A stretch of DNA of 64,000 bases from Cycas panzhihuaensis (GCA_023213395.1 CM041465.1:157735741-157799740); one strand, 5' to 3'. Positions 35,361-50,051 are shown, counted from the stretch's first letter. Program-made: numbers and translations. The notes: a model not told the origin generated them from the letters alone.

Positions 35361-35426
35361 GATATGACTTTGGAAGAAGCAGAGACTCTTGCACTTTCTA
35401 TCTTAAAGCAAGTCATGGAGGAAAAA
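35361..35426 (+). CDS. PAE: 20S proteasome subunit alpha type-5, penultimate coding exon
   Basis: AG|DMTLEEAETLALSILKQVMEEK|GT, phase 0. Confidence 0.95.
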
Positions 35427-35605
35427 GTAAGTTCTTTGTCTGTTGCACTTGGAAATGATATATAAAAATTTCATTCTTACAACTGACTGATTCACAAGAA
35501 GATTTTATTATAGAGAATCAGTTTAAACATTTGTCCCAGATATATATTCTGGATGTTGAGGGGACAAGTTATCTGATTGATATCTTATTTTTGGCATTTT
35601 GTTAG

Positions 35606-35698
35606 GTGACAGCTAGTAATGTTGACATTGCAAAAGTGGCCCCAAAGTACCACCTTTATATACCGGCAGAGGTGGAGACGGTTATTAGTCGTTTATGA
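35606..35698 (+). CDS. PAE: 20S proteasome subunit alpha type-5, last coding exon
   Basis: AG|VTASNVDIAKVAPKYHLYIPAEVETVISRL* (TGA). Confidence 0.95.
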   Translation: MTASNVDIAKVAPKYHLYIPAEVETVISRL

Positions 35699-37335
35699 GT
35701 GAAATTTTGTTGCAATTGTTTCAGATGGATTTGAGGCACAATTTAGGGCCCAAACCTTTTTGTTTGAAAGAAATTAATGGATTTTGTGCACCTCTTGCTA
35801 TGGGAGGCTTTTGGTTATTTGGGCAGGTTTGCCATTTTAGCTAAACCTCGACTTCATTTTATGAAATATTAAAAACCTTCGAAGATTTTAATGGCTCACG
35901 TCCATGTGGATTTACATGAATGAGGATGAGATTCAGCTTTTTGGTTACCATTAGTTATTAGTGTGATGTGGGTTTCTCATTTTAACAAACTCTACTAAGT
36001 AGTTTTGCAGTCTGTGCTAGTGTTAGCTAACACATTGCTGTATCTGTAACGGGCATCTTTTCTTTTGGAAAATAGGATCAAAACTAAAGGAAAATTGTAC
36101 TTCATCAATGACAGTGATGATTGCAATTTCGATAATATGCTGCGGCATCTCCTGAGAAAATTTTGCAAGTCATCTATTCAGGACTTCATGGTATTGGGAA
36201 GCATAAGCATTCTAAGAGTCAAGTAGGAGCTATTTGGTGCTTTTTGTTGTAGTGTAAGTAAATACTTTTCAAATAAATCTTCAATTTTCTTTCTCACTAT
36301 TTTACAGAAGTTTGATTCTGGTTCTAGAATGTGTCTTAATATGGCTGTTTCTGCACTAAATATGGAGGCATAAATTCTGCAGACAGTTTCCTTTTCCTAA
36401 ATCTAGCAGCATTGCCCTTGAAGGTATTTTAGTTGAGGAACTGAGGTGGAACACCGATTGTTTTCAGTTTTAATGTTCGACTATCAGACATGGATTTCCA
36501 ACTTGCCACTCTTAGAAAGCTCCCATTTGTGTGTTTTCAAAAGGGACGCAAACAGTACATTTAGCTTTTCATGTCTACTGTGTGTCCGATCTGATGCCTA
36601 AAAGATGAAACATTAGTGTTTCTAATGCGAGTTTTTCTTGAACGGGTGCAAACATCTGCAAGAACATGCTTATGATAGGTTGGGATAAAAGTGAAACCTG
36701 ACAGTGCAAAACTTAAAATTCTTGCAAAGCATTTTTGTCAAATTGTGTACAAACCTGAAATCAAGGTGGTAATGTTCTGGCATGAATAAGAGCAGAGCCA
36801 GGACAGCGCTTCAGTACAGATTCCTCCATATATCCAAAATATCCCAATATAGTAAAAAAGAAAACATCCACATATATATTTGAATTCAGCCATGAATAAA
36901 AGAGATACATACGCCAAAGATGAACACTGTACAGGTGGAATGTTATATTTCTAAACAATATTGAGATGCCAGTACATGAGAGATCTACACGGTGGAGTTT
37001 ATAAATGGAAAATTTGGTCTCTTCAAGATGGGCCACCTACAAGAGGTTGTTCTATAGGTAGGGCTTACTTTGTAAGGCACTGGATAAGAGAGCAATAATT
37101 CTTGATGTATAAGTGAACGCTTGTGTATGTATATGCTAAGCCAGTCATCATCTGACCAATCAAAATCAATGTGCATGTTTTGACCAATTATTTACAAATC
37201 AAATTTTATTAGTACTAACTGACCTTCCGTGCTTAGGCATTAACTTTACCAATGGTGTATATCACAAGTTGATGCATTGCCGTGCACAAAATTAGCAATG
37301 CAATTTTCAAATGCACAATATGCAAGAATATGCCA

Positions 37336-40300
37336 TTTTTTTATTGAAATGGATGCTTATATTTATAGGAAATAATATACATTGTTACAATACAAAATAT
37401 GAGAGAAAAAAGTAGTTACCTCCTCCACCTTTTTGAAAGACAACGTCAAAGAAGAACACACAAAAACATTAAAAGCCAAGCATCTTAAAAACATGTAATC
37501 ATATAACATGAAGTTCCATGACATCAAATTGAGAGGCAAACAATAGAAAGGTCAGAGCATCAAAGAACTATGGGGGCTGTTACAGAATTTCCTTAGCCAT
37601 CATCGCCTTTATTAAGATGATCCTTCTTGAGAGCCATCCCTTATAGGTACTACGATTAAAAGGGGGTGGAGGGGACTACTTTTGGGAGCTGCTATGAAGT
37701 TGATGGGCCCTATGAAGGAGGTTACTTCTAAGCATTGTTTCGACATGAATGACACAATAGAGGAGGTGGCTACCATTTTCCTTTTTGATAATGCCTCACA
37801 CTAGAGGGGTGCTTGCTGTTGTCATTGTTGTGGTCTCTAGTACAGCTTCTTTGGGCCAAGCCTCAGCCCGCAAGAGGCATTTTGCTCCTTGTACAAAGGG
37901 TTGATCTTTAATTGTTATTGAGCTCTAATAGTGGAAGAGATCAACATGCACATTCTGAGTGTCAATTTGTATAGTTAGTTATAATTGCAAATTGCATAAA
38001 GTCAACAAAAACTAATAAATGAATTTATCCAACAAAAACATCATTTGTGTGTTTCTAAACAATGAATAAGTTTAACATTTCGAGTATGTTAGAGGTTGCA
38101 ATTAAAGTTTGAAAGAAGGGCTTATTGTCCTTGAGTAGAGCTACATTCTAACTAAAAGACTCGTACTTAATTGGGCTTTGTAGATTGACTTACCGATGCA
38201 TTAATCTCTTTCTATAAATGGGACATGGAAGGTTAGTGTGACTTATTTTAGCTAGCTTGCTTTTAATAATTAGACCAACATGGAAACGCTATACCTTTTC
38301 AAACCTTTTGGCCCATTGAGCTTCAATGCTTTTGCACTTTTAAATGATAATTGTTTTGCTATGGATAAAATAGGTGAAACAAATTTATATATGGGAGGTG
38401 GAAATTTTAACAAATCTTTTAAAATAATGCCATAAACCAATTCTTCCACCAATTGAGATGGTGGGTGAACAAAGTTGGGAATTTACTAGTAGAAAAAAAG
38501 TTTATAAGCTCCTTAATTATAAAGTTACCAAAGTTTTAAAAATGAAAGTTGTTACAAGTTAATTATGTTAATGTGAAATTGGCTACAAATAGGCTTGTGA
38601 GGTTGGTTTTAAGAGAATAACAACTCAGTTTCTTAGAGAGAGAATAAATGAGCTTTGGTTTACAACTATGAATAAGGGAGCCCTAATTATTTATCATCAT
38701 GTTTGGAATATTATTTGTTTTAGTGGAACAATGGCTTAAAGCCATTATTATATTATAGTATCTTGGGAAAATCCCCTTACCTCAAAAAGGGTTACTATTT
38801 TTAAATTTCATTTAATATTTTGCATTTTATGAATATTATTCTATTGTAAATTTGATATTATATGGTTATTCCATTATTGGCGTGGTTTTATTTTAATATT
38901 TAGATTTATTGCTGAATTTTCTGTTATTAAATTAGAGTGGGCACATAGTAATTAGTATTAGAGTACAGTTTTAGCCAATTAGAGTTTTATCATATATCGA
39001 CAATTTTGAAAGTGTAAATGGTTAAATTTAACTAAAAAAAAGGCAATTTCAATTTTATATTTAAGACAATAAGATTTGTGTTAGAAATTTTTAGTGCTTA
39101 TAAGGTTTGGAGCAAAATTGTAGAAGTTATGAGGGTTTCAATCTTGGTTGCTTGTTTGAGGCAAAAAATTTGTTGTCACAATTTCAAATGACCACAATAG
39201 AGGTTATAAGTGTTTGATTTATTTATTTATTTATTGTAAATAGAATATTTGTAGAAGTTATGAGGATTTCAATCTTGGCTTGTTGTCTATGGCAAAAAAT
39301 TTGTTGTCGCAATTTTAAATGACCACAATAGGGGTTATAAGTGTTTGATTTATTTATTTATTGTGAATAGACATACCTTGAAATCTGCTTTATTTTGGAA
39401 GTAGTTTTAGTTTAATTGGTTATAACAATAAAATGTTATCGTCATTTTAATAATAAATATTATTACAATTTTTAAAATTCTAAGTTCTGATCAATTTCAA
39501 AAGGTCATTATATAAATCACAAACATCCAAATTACTTCAAACTAGTTTCATTTGAAGTATTTTTGTATTACATTTATATTAAGGAGTGTTGAATTTAGTT
39601 TTTATGGTTTCAATGAGGGCTCAATGAAGGGCTGATTAGTATTTCATCAAATATAGATTTTGTTTAAGAAGGGTTTAATTTAGTTTTTTATGCTTGTCAA
39701 TTTAGATTTTAATCTTGGCGATGAAGTTGCATTTTGCCCTAAGTTACATGAGAGAATTTGAGGGGACTAATAGTTACTGTAGTGTGAGCCATTCGTGATA
39801 GATAATGGCATTAGAAATGTTTGAGGATTTGAAAAACTATACATAAAAATGTTGTATAAAATCGGGGGCATTTTGTTGGAATGAGAACACAAAAAGAGAA
39901 ATTAGAGACAAATTTGTAGGAGACAGAGTAAGAAAATCTTAATTACAAGGAAGTCAAAACAAAAAAGGAAATGTTGAATATGATGATTTAGATGATAAAC
40001 AACTTATGCAAATAGGAGAATTCGAGGAGTGGTATGAAGAACCACCTGAGCAACTCAAAAGAAGAGTTTAAGCAACTAAGCAAATCTAACAGGATATTCG
40101 ACACGATTCTTAATCCTACTTTACACATCTATTTTTGTTGGTAGTTTTATTTTTCTTCTTGATTTTCTTTATTACATTACTTTTACAAGTCTGACATAAG
40201 TTTTAAAAATATCATATAGATGAATTTTAGGATTCATAATATTTTGTAGGAGAAATCTCAGTTATACTTTCGTTCCAAGTCCTAATTCCCACTCAATTTC

Positions 40301-43300
40301 ATCCCTTAGGAAGTCTTTTTCTACATCTTTCCTAAGGCCCCTATCAAAACTCCTTTCTTATAAATATTGTCTAGTACTAATTCCATATCTACCCTCTATA
40401 AAATCTTTATCTCTTAATATTGCTTATCGTTGATATAATATCCAAGTTTCAATTCTTTTCACATCTTTTTCCACAAATCACTATTTTATCCATTACTCTC
40501 CTAAGATCTCTAGTTGTTAAGCTAATCCCTTATTGTAACTCCTAACCTTGTATGTACCATGTATTGCATCAATTTCTAAATCGTACACATCTCTCAATAT
40601 ATATTTATTATATCCTTGCTTTCCACACATACAAAATGCTTATTCAACTCATTAACTCCCACCTTTCTATCGTTGTCCAATCTTTCCTATGATAATTTTT
40701 CATATTTATAAACAATACCTGTTATGCAACCATCATATCTATTCTTAACATTTTACTGTATATTCTTCAAATATGATTTGTTTTTTTTCCATAAAACATT
40801 CCCAACATTCGCAAGCCCTTGACTCTCTGCCTCATCTATTTTAGCAAAGTTCTTTCAAAGTCAAAAGGTCATGGGCAAAATGCGTAAATAGAAAATAGGT
40901 TTACAACTAGGTGTTATTAGTAGTACATAGGTTTCATAATCGTTTTTATATAAGAGGAGATACAAAATTCAGTTAGTACCAAACATAAACAACCACATGC
41001 ACAAGTCGCATATTAATTATTTCTAGAAGATGGTATAAAGATGGACAAAATTATTACGATATATAAACCTTAGTAAGTGGTAGATTGAAAATTGATTGGA
41101 AGGTGATTTTAAATTATTTTTCACATAACGTTTATGCTTCGAGAGCTAAGTATTTTAAGGGAAAGGGAGTGTTACAAGCATGATTATATTAATATGAAGT
41201 AAACTTGAAATAGGCTTATAAAATTGGTTTTAAGAGACGATATGAACTCACTTTTTTGTGGAGAAAATAAATAAATCCCAACTTATGGCTATAAATAAGG
41301 GTGCTCTAATAATTTATCATCATCTTTAGAATATTATTTGTCTTATTAGAGTAGTGGCTTAAAACCATTATAGTACTGTAATGCCTTAGGAGGATCCCCT
41401 CGCCTCAAAGAGGGCTACTATTTTGAGATTTCATCTAATATTTTGTATTTTATAAATATTATTCTATTGTAAATATGATATTATATTATTTCTCCATTGT
41501 GGGCATGGTTTCATTCTAATATTCTAATTTATTACTGAAATTTCTATCACTAAATTGAAGTGGGCATGCTACAAAAACTATGCTCAATATTTAGCAAGGG
41601 TTTTCAAGTGTCTTTCGAAGGGTCAAATGACTAATTTACTACATGCACTCATTTTTTGTTAAGTTTTTTTTATTTCAAACTAGAGATTTTGGATGAGATA
41701 AATGATCTCTTTATATCAAGGGGCATTTTTAGATTGAGGGATACTAGGGAGGCCTCTTTTGGCCTCATCACCTCTCTAGTTGAGAATTTCTTACAAGTTT
41801 CCTATGTAGGCCAAATGCTCTTAAAAATTGGAGAGCCAGCTATCTTAATGGGTCTAATAGAGATGAGATCATTACAAGGTTTAAGCTTGAATCTTTTGTG
41901 TCCCAAAGGGAGAACCTAAACAAGATTACGTTTGATCAATATTTTTTTAAGCTTCTTCACCCTCTCTAGCTTGGACCCACCCCATGACACCCAACTTGTG
42001 ACCATGTTTCTTGATGTCAGTGATCCTTAATTTGCCCTTGGCTTTTTCATGGCAACAAATGGACCATTTAATGTTATTGAATTCTTTCCCCCCTTCTTTA
42101 GAAGACCAAAGGCAGGCCTTAAGGATTTTGATGAGCTTGTCGTAAGTAGCATTGAAGGGGAACTTGCAGGATGAGTAGTACACCTGGCAATGAGGATTTT
42201 AATGTACACTTAATATCTATTGCTTAATGAGAGAAGCTTAGAGTTCCAAAACCGAGTTTCTCTACCAAGGAGGCTTTGTAGTTAGTAGGGATACAAGGGG
42301 GATTTAAATTCTTTTGCAAGTTTAATTAGGTCAAGTCATATTACATAGCCCAATGTAATGGCTCTCTTAGGCATTATAAGTAGCAAGCAATTTTTCTTCA
42401 TTGAATTTTAGACTTTTGAGGTTTCATAATAGCTTTGGATTGCTTCCAAGTTAGTGACCATTAATCATTTGTTTATTAGTAGTACAGGGGAGAGAGATGC
42501 CCTTAATTAGCCCATGGTTGGTCTTATGTTGTAAAAGATAGCCAAGGGAATTTGCAGTAAGGACATAAAGAGCAAAGGCTATTGGATAGCTTTGCCTAAT
42601 AAACTTAAAAGGGATTAATGGCTTTGGCCAAGGCTCATTTAGAAAGATGTATGCATTAATCATTCTTAGTAGTATGTATTTATAAAATGAAATGCCACTC
42701 AATTTTGTCGTGGGCTTTTTCAAAGATCATTTTTTAGAAAGGAATCTCTCCAGAGATGGATCTAACCAACTCCATATCTTGCCAAATAATAACAAGGGTA
42801 TAAAGTGTGTATCTACCCTTGATAAAATATGTTTGTCTTGGTCCAACTATCTTAGTGAGATTGTGCTTGATTCATTAGGTTAAAGTATTGGCAATGATGT
42901 TGCAAGAGACATTCAAAAAGGTTATGGACCCTTAATTGGTGATTAGTTCAAGAACTTCCTCTCTAGGGATAACCTTGATTAATCTTGGCTCCTGAATATC
43001 CCACAAAGAGCCTCTTAATAGACTTGGAGTAGAATAAGTCTCTAACAATCCAAAGTTTCTTCATATAACTCAAGGAAAACCATCAATATTAGGGACTTTT
43101 TGGCTAGCCATTTTACAAAATGATAGTAGTGAACTCCTCTAATTTAGAGGGCATCACAACTCTGAGTAAGATCAAAAGTTTGGAGGGTACAACCTGCAAA
43201 CAGGTCTAGAGAGTAATGCCATGTTTTCATTAGGGCTATGAGCTTGAAAGACTTTAGCATAATGCTTACTAAAGTCATCAACTATCTCAACCTTAGAGGG

Positions 43301-45350
43301 GATCTTGACTTTCCTTGTTTTTAAGGCTCGAGATGTGTATAGAGTCTTTTCTCCATTTTGAGGATTTGGAAGAAACATTAGGAACATTTGCGACCTTTCT
43401 TGATTTAATAAAGTATCATTTTAAGTTGGGTTCCCATAACCTTGTGTGAGTTAGAGATCTTAAGCATGTGTCAGTCTTGTAGCTTTGGGTTGCGAACTTT
43501 CATCAAATGGATTGTGTTCTAACGAGGATATCAATTTTGCTTCCAGTGAAGGTAGTTTACTTCTCATACCCTTATTAGAGAAAGGATGCAATTGTAATAA
43601 TGGTTTTTCTCCTTGAACAATCCACTTAAATTCAATGATTGGGGAGAAAATGCCAAATTTGCTTGATATTTGCAAGTACAACTAATTAGTCACATGAGAT
43701 ACATTATGCTTAAAGTTGGTTCTATGAATTTCTCCCTTCTTCACTTTAGGTCATAGCATAGCAAGTGTGGTTATGATTAAGGAGGGTTGCATCAACAATC
43801 ATTTAGATTGACCTACCACTTTATGTGGAATTTAAAATTATTCAAATTACTCACTTATCATTTCACAACCTCGACACGAAGGTGGATGCACAAATTGGGT
43901 TGCTAATAAATTAATTAAGTTGGCTTTAACATTAGTATATAAACAAGGCAAAGTCTTACGGAAAACTAGAGATTTTATTTTGATGATGGGTTAATCTCTT
44001 TGGGGCACTTCACTGCCAACCTCTTGCCATTTCTACCTTGTTTATGCTTCTTATTTATCTAGTTTCATTTATTACTTTCATATTTTTACCATCTTAGTTT
44101 CATTTTATATATTTTTTCTGGGTCTATGTAGCACATATATAAGTTTGTTGAAATTGGTATCTTGAGTATAGAAAACTAATTTTGCCTTTTACATCATCTT
44201 TTGCAAAGTTCAACTCCGATGCACTTAGACTTGACTTCACTAGAACTTTCTTTGTTTTCATCATACGTTCATGACATCCTAGGCTTCTCACTATATTAAG
44301 CATCGTTTAGCTAACATTTTGTGTTGTACTTCTTTACTTTTTTATTCTCCACAAACTCATTTTGGACCACCCTCCATCTTTGCTAAATTCTCCATTGAGT
44401 ATTTTGCCCCACTCTTTGGTCTCCTCCTTCACCATGCAAGGTATACGGCTTACAATGAACTACATCACCATCCAAATTACTCCCTAGCAATGTAAACCCC
44501 ACCTTGTCATTATCTCCACTAATTTTGCAACAAAATTTCTAAAACGACTAATGCACTTCCCAATGCTTAGGAACATATAGCCCTCCTAAGTAACACACTA
44601 TCTCCTAAGTATTGTAACATTACCCACTACATTAAACCATGGAAAAAGAATATCACATCCATGGTTAGAGACATTCATTAGAGAGTCGCGAGCAATCCCT
44701 AAATCTACTCAATTTTATTCAAGAGAATAAGTTGTTGTCCCAACACTTTTGCTTTTGTTTTCTACAACTCCTTGTAAAACATACCCATTTTGTCATCTCC
44801 AAAGGTGTAATGTTTGTCATTTGTCCCTATGTGGAGAAGCATTTAGTGGGATACCATTTGATATATCTATCCCCAAGGAGTAGTGTCTAATAATAAGCCT
44901 TTAGTGTTGTCTTATCATCTTCGTAGGAATGACCTCTATTTTGTGTTGTTGCATGGTGGGGCAATGTCGAGGTTGGTTTCTAGTGTTGGTTTTCTTGTGA
45001 ACCACTTGATTATAGAGCCAACTTGATATTTTTCCATGGCCCTTGATGAGGATCACCGCAAGTGGAGAACATAGAGTAGTTTTTTGTGTAAAATTTTGAG
45101 CAATTAACAAGGTTGAAGCATGTGGGTAACTTAGGGGCCACACCACCTATCACAATATTTTCATTTCAATTCCCTATCATATTATTACTCACCAACTATG
45201 GTTTTTCTCCTCTTGCCATAGTTGTTTATTTTTGGACAATATCAAAAATTCAACTAACACATTTTGAGGATGTTGTGGACAAATTACCATGTCCCATTAC
45301 CATCTATTTTGTAATTGTATTCATAAAATTACATTTGAAGTGTGGAGGAT
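37336..45350 (-). mobile_element. Degenerate L1-type LINE, interrupted by element E; 5' boundary approximate
   Basis: RT fragments (IRQSYPIAFALYVL; FLWSS-like CLWSS..IKWSICCHEKAKGKLRI) at 41950-43400; zf-RVT-like QWAKRFEKV..HVGL..CPIY at ~38200-38320; minus-strand AATAAAAAAA at ~37336-37345. Confidence 0.65.
38550..41573 (+). mobile_element. E: pol-less LTR element (~3.0 kb), old
   Basis: LTRs 38550-38950 and 41170-41573 (TGTTACAAG...); degenerate PBS tagtattagagt; PPT aagggaaagggag; TSD-like aaagt/aaaac; ~131-bp internal tandem duplication at about 39118-39371. Confidence 0.8.
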
Positions 45351-45559
45351 GACCCCCCCCAAATCTCTTTATAATGTATGCAATTTAGATATAAATTTCT
45401 TCTTCTTCTTTCCCCACCACAACCCTAGGGTCTCAATGTTATTAAGATAAGAATATTCTTTCTTTATACAATTTTTATCTTCCACCTTTTGAACAATCAG
45501 GTCACCATTTGTTGGAAGCTTTGAGTATTGTTTTTTTTTTTGTTTTGTTTTAAGGCTTG

Positions 45560-46620
45560 TATTTTAAGTGTTCTATGAGGCAAGATGGCATGCGGTTAGT
45601 TGGCATTGGGTACTAGTTGGGGTCTCAATTTTGGCATTTTCATTTCCTATAATTTTTTGCTACATTACGTGGATTTCAAAGGTAACTATTCTATTAGTTC
45701 TCATTATTTAAACATGGAGTTATTGATAAAAGATATTGAATTTTTAATTAAGAAATTGAAGGAGATGAAGGTTACATGCAAAGAGATTAGAAATGATATA
45801 AGAGAGATCACACATGAATTACATGAAGATGAATTTATTATCACACATGCAAGGAGTTATCAGGGGCCTAATTGTGAACAATTAAAAGAAGAATTGACTA
45901 ATATACATGAATCAAGCGAAGACTGGCCCATTTATGAGCCACCTAGAAAAAGGAGAAAACCTACCATAAAGCAACATGATGAATCAACCACAAAGTGAAA
46001 GCAACAAATCAATTCTAAAGAGGTAGTTATTAGGAGCTTAAATTCTATTTTGTACCTTTCTATCTCTTTTGGTAGTTTTAATTTTCCTCTTGAATTCCTA
46101 CTTCACAGAGTTCTAGACAATCCCATAGGTTCATCTTATGAAGAGTCTATAGTCATTACACTACCTAAGCTCTTTAATTCCAATATTTTTATGGGTTAAA
46201 TCATGATACCTCTTGAGGTTACCCACTACTCGATCCCCTCATCTTATGATTTATCCATTAGGAAACCTCCAAGTAGGGAAGTACAACCTTTTAGTTGTTA
46301 TGATGTTTCCTTCTCTCACCCCTATACATTTCCATATACATCTCTTCCATGTACTTCTATCTAAAATTTCTCTTATCCCTTATTTGTTCCCTATTAGCCC
46401 ACAATAATTTCACCCCTTAACATCCTTTCTTCCTACATCTTCTCGACATGAGTTCATAAAAAACCTTGTCACGTAAGGAATACTAATTTCTTGCCCCTTC
46501 TTTATTTCTTATAAATCTCGCATATATGTCATTACTTAGCCTTACTATTAAACGAATTCATCATCACCTTCTATTTTCTTTACTCCCCATGCTTCTTACT
46601 CTAGTATTTTCCCATATAAG
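45560..46620 (+). mobile_element. F: internal fragment related to elements D and E
   Basis: Charged ORF (45713-45998), the shared ttggtagtttta.tt.tc.tctt motif, then a pyrimidine-rich tract, as in D and E. Confidence 0.5.
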
Positions 46621-49306
46621 ACACCTATTAAATGATAGAAGATTTAATATTTATTTCATTAATTTATTGATCTTTATACCATTAATGTTAATGATGTATA
46701 TATTTGTTATGAGGGCTTCATTACATCTAAATAGGTTAAGTCATAACTTAATGTTGTGAACCTAGTAGTGTGGGGTATTATTTTGTCCTTATATGAAGGT
46801 GTTGTAAATTATTATAATAATGCAAGGTATATTTAACACCTTTGCATGACCTTTTGATTCACCTTCCTATATTTCATAATGGCCTCTATTTCATCTTATG
46901 TATGAGATTTTCTTCATATTATATTGCATTGTAATTTTTTATTGATGATAAATGGAATACATACACTTTGATTTAGAGCATTCAAGATTAATTCTTATGC
47001 TTATATTTTAGTGTTTATCTTTATTTTATTTTTTAATTGAATGAACGTGAGTCTGGAACCTAGGTTCTAAACCAAGTAAACATCCATCCTCCATCACCTA
47101 GTATAAGAGCTTGTATTTGCTAATTCTTTTGTTCAATCTTCATCTAGTCTCTTGCATGGCTTACCTCACTAATGTAGTTCTTAATGGCTGCATTTTTTTG
47201 TTGCTTAGAGAAATATTTGTTGGCTGATATCTCAAAGATCTACTAGCTTATTATACCATCTATTAACTGCTTTTTTAGATCTATAGCTTTATCTATAGGC
47301 TGTGCTTATTAAATTTCTTATTTCAAAGCAAGATTAGACCTGCATTCATAATATTTCCTTGTAAAATATCTATCTGATTGATATTCTAGAACTGATTATA
47401 TGACTGCATTGAAAATCAATTTATTTAACCACTTTTTGAAGCCATATTAAATGATATATAGTTGGGTGACTTTTGTTAGGCCTATTTTATATAATTTTCA
47501 AGTTGTTTGACCTCTATTTGAGGTGTATCAACATCTCTAATAACTAGAAATCACTATTGAGCTGATTACTTTACATAAAGGTGGCTTTAGTAGTCCTTCA
47601 TTTCATTCAATAGTTGCCTCTATGCTCCATTATACATCATGTGGCCCTCTTTTTTACTCATATTTGATTAAATACGTATTTGCACTTATATTTGATTGAA
47701 TGCACCTTTGTAAGACATTTGGAAGTGAGTACCAGCTCACTGTTTATCCTCAACTAGCCCTTCTAGAGCTTTGCATGGATTTTATTCAGCCCTGCATGGC
47801 CTTTGGCTGTTGTTTATCTTTTCTTATTGACTGTCGACTCTCATTTGATTTCAGTCGGCCTATGTTTGGTTCCTATTAGCCCTTGTTAATCCTTGGCAGC
47901 CCTATGTTGCATCTCAATTGGCATGCACAAACTTATTCAATTACAGATACGTCTTCCACTGGCTTTGCATGGCCTGGTTATTTACATTTGTGCACGACCC
48001 TATATACTCGTTGATTGACGACATTTGAGGTGTTTTATTATTAGGCCAAGGTAAATACTGGTTGAGAGATAGTTTGATACTGATTCAGGGCTGAAAGATT
48101 GAACACACAAAATTATTCATGCTCTAATTTATCTTTTTTTTTAATGATATGAGGACTAACAATTACTTGTTGACTTCAGTTGATTCCTATAAATAATTGG
48201 ATGGATAGAAGTACAGCATATGACCACTTAAATTGATCTTGGTTGAGTCTAATTTGTAGTAGAGAAGATAGATCGAGAATCCATTGATTTAGTAGAGAGA
48301 ATTTGACCTTTATATCCTCATTACTACCTCATTTTTTGAAAATCCTATTGTCTAAATTTAATTTTTATATAATTTAAAAAAATTTAGATTATATAATTTA
48401 GCATATCCTTAGAATATTCTATTCTTAATATATTTTATAACCTAAAGTTATATTTTAAAGAAGTTTTTATTCATTTTTCAAAAAGTTTTAAAGGCTATTT
48501 TTAATCCATTTTTAGGTGGTTTTTTTAGTTTTTAAAAGATTTTAATATTTTTGTACTTGAAAACATTAAAACAAATCCATTAATCACTTTTTTTTTTCTT
48601 TTAAATTAATAAAAAATATTTAAAAAGATAAAGACCAAATGAACCACCCAATTACCAATCTTGCAAGGGGAATGGTTAGTACCCTTGAAGTTACCACTCT
48701 ACATATGCTATCAATCATTCTCGAATTCTATGGATATTAGAGAGTCCCTTTAGTTATTAGGTGTAATCAATGTACTAGGACTCTATGTCATAATTATTCT
48801 ATATTATTAGTCTATAATTATTATTGTATTAGTCATAACTCAATGTACAAACAAGACCATTCTTTTTATCCCACATGCATTAGTTGTGGTTAAGTCAAGG
48901 GTAGTGACTTAGGATATAAAGATGGCATTGTATTATAAAGAGACATCTTGGAAGTATTATAATAGAGCTTCTCTCATAGGAGGTTGCCCCCTCGAAGAGG
49001 CTTATGATCTATAAGTACAATCACTAAAGTTCTCTTTTTCAATTATTCTTATGTTCTTTGCATGCTTTTGTATTGATATGTGAAGCAGGAACACTACAAG
49101 CAGTATTAGTGCAAGTCCAAGGTCATACTTTTTGCAAAGAAATTTTTTTCTCTGTTCTTAATGGCCTACTGTTATTAACCATCATATGCTCTCACCTCAC
49201 CCTCACAGATCTTGGTGATTAGAAAGTGGTGGGGTATCACAAGCCAACGATCAAAATCTTCACTTTCTATTTTCTGTCTTCTCCTTTCCATTCTGTTCCC
49301 ATAGGA

Positions 49307-49645
49307 GTCAGGTAGAAGCAGTGCTCAACACTTTTCCAATCTAGGCTAAGGCCCATGTTCTGGCACTCTATAAACATCCTAACTAGTTGTCGATTTTGTC
49401 TTAGCACACTTGCATGCAAAGGAATACATTCCATGTACCCTAGAGGTATATCAGAATTGCGCCACGTCTTAGATAACAACTAACACAAAATTAAACTTCC
49501 ACGTACCTTTAGGTGTATAGGAAAACCCTTATAGGGATTCTATTAATCAATTACTTAAACATGTTGGCTATCTATAATCTGTAATGCACTAGTAAGTGGT
49601 TAGCCCTAAGAAGTTACTCTCCTTGTACCCTAGACACGGGGTGGT
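49307..49645 (+). other. Candidate structured cis-acting RNA in G2 leader, homologous to 16021-16370
   Basis: Collinear blocks CAGGTAGA, CTCTATA, CCA.G.CTTAGA, CTTCCACGTACC and a 37-nt block, with conserved spacing. Confidence 0.7.
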
Positions 49646-50017
49646 TTTAGTTATAGTTGATACTCTTTGACAATTGTTATTATCAATGCCTAGGATCAGT
49701 ATATTAGAGAGCCTATAAAACAAACATTAAGATCACCAAATTTGAGCAAGAAATTTTGATCAGGGTAAAACTTTCAATAATAGAGTCACCAGATTGATTG
49801 ATTAAAGTACAGTAAGTGTTGGATGGTAGTTTAGTTGTAAATTTTTTTCCTCTTAAAGAAATTAAGCCGTAGAACTTCAATTGATTAAGTAAAAAAATCA
49901 AAGTTAGATATCTCGAGATCTAGGAAGAATTTAGACTTCTAGTCTGAATCGGGTGGGGGAAAAAAAAAAATCACCTACCAAGGACCTAACTCATTTTAAT
50001 CATCTCGTCGTTCTGAC

Positions 50018-50051
50018 CACACACACACATACACACATATATATATATATA
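50018..50051. repeat. (CA)n(TA)n microsatellite
   Basis: Directly visible. Confidence 0.9.

Noticed and set aside
36761-37176. Minus-strand ORFs as a convergent gene
   Set aside because: No recognisable protein motif or convincing exon structure.
47050-48300. Possible exons or pseudogene in non-LTR-looking sequence
   Set aside because: No ORF of 60 aa or more and no recognisable motif; left unannotated.
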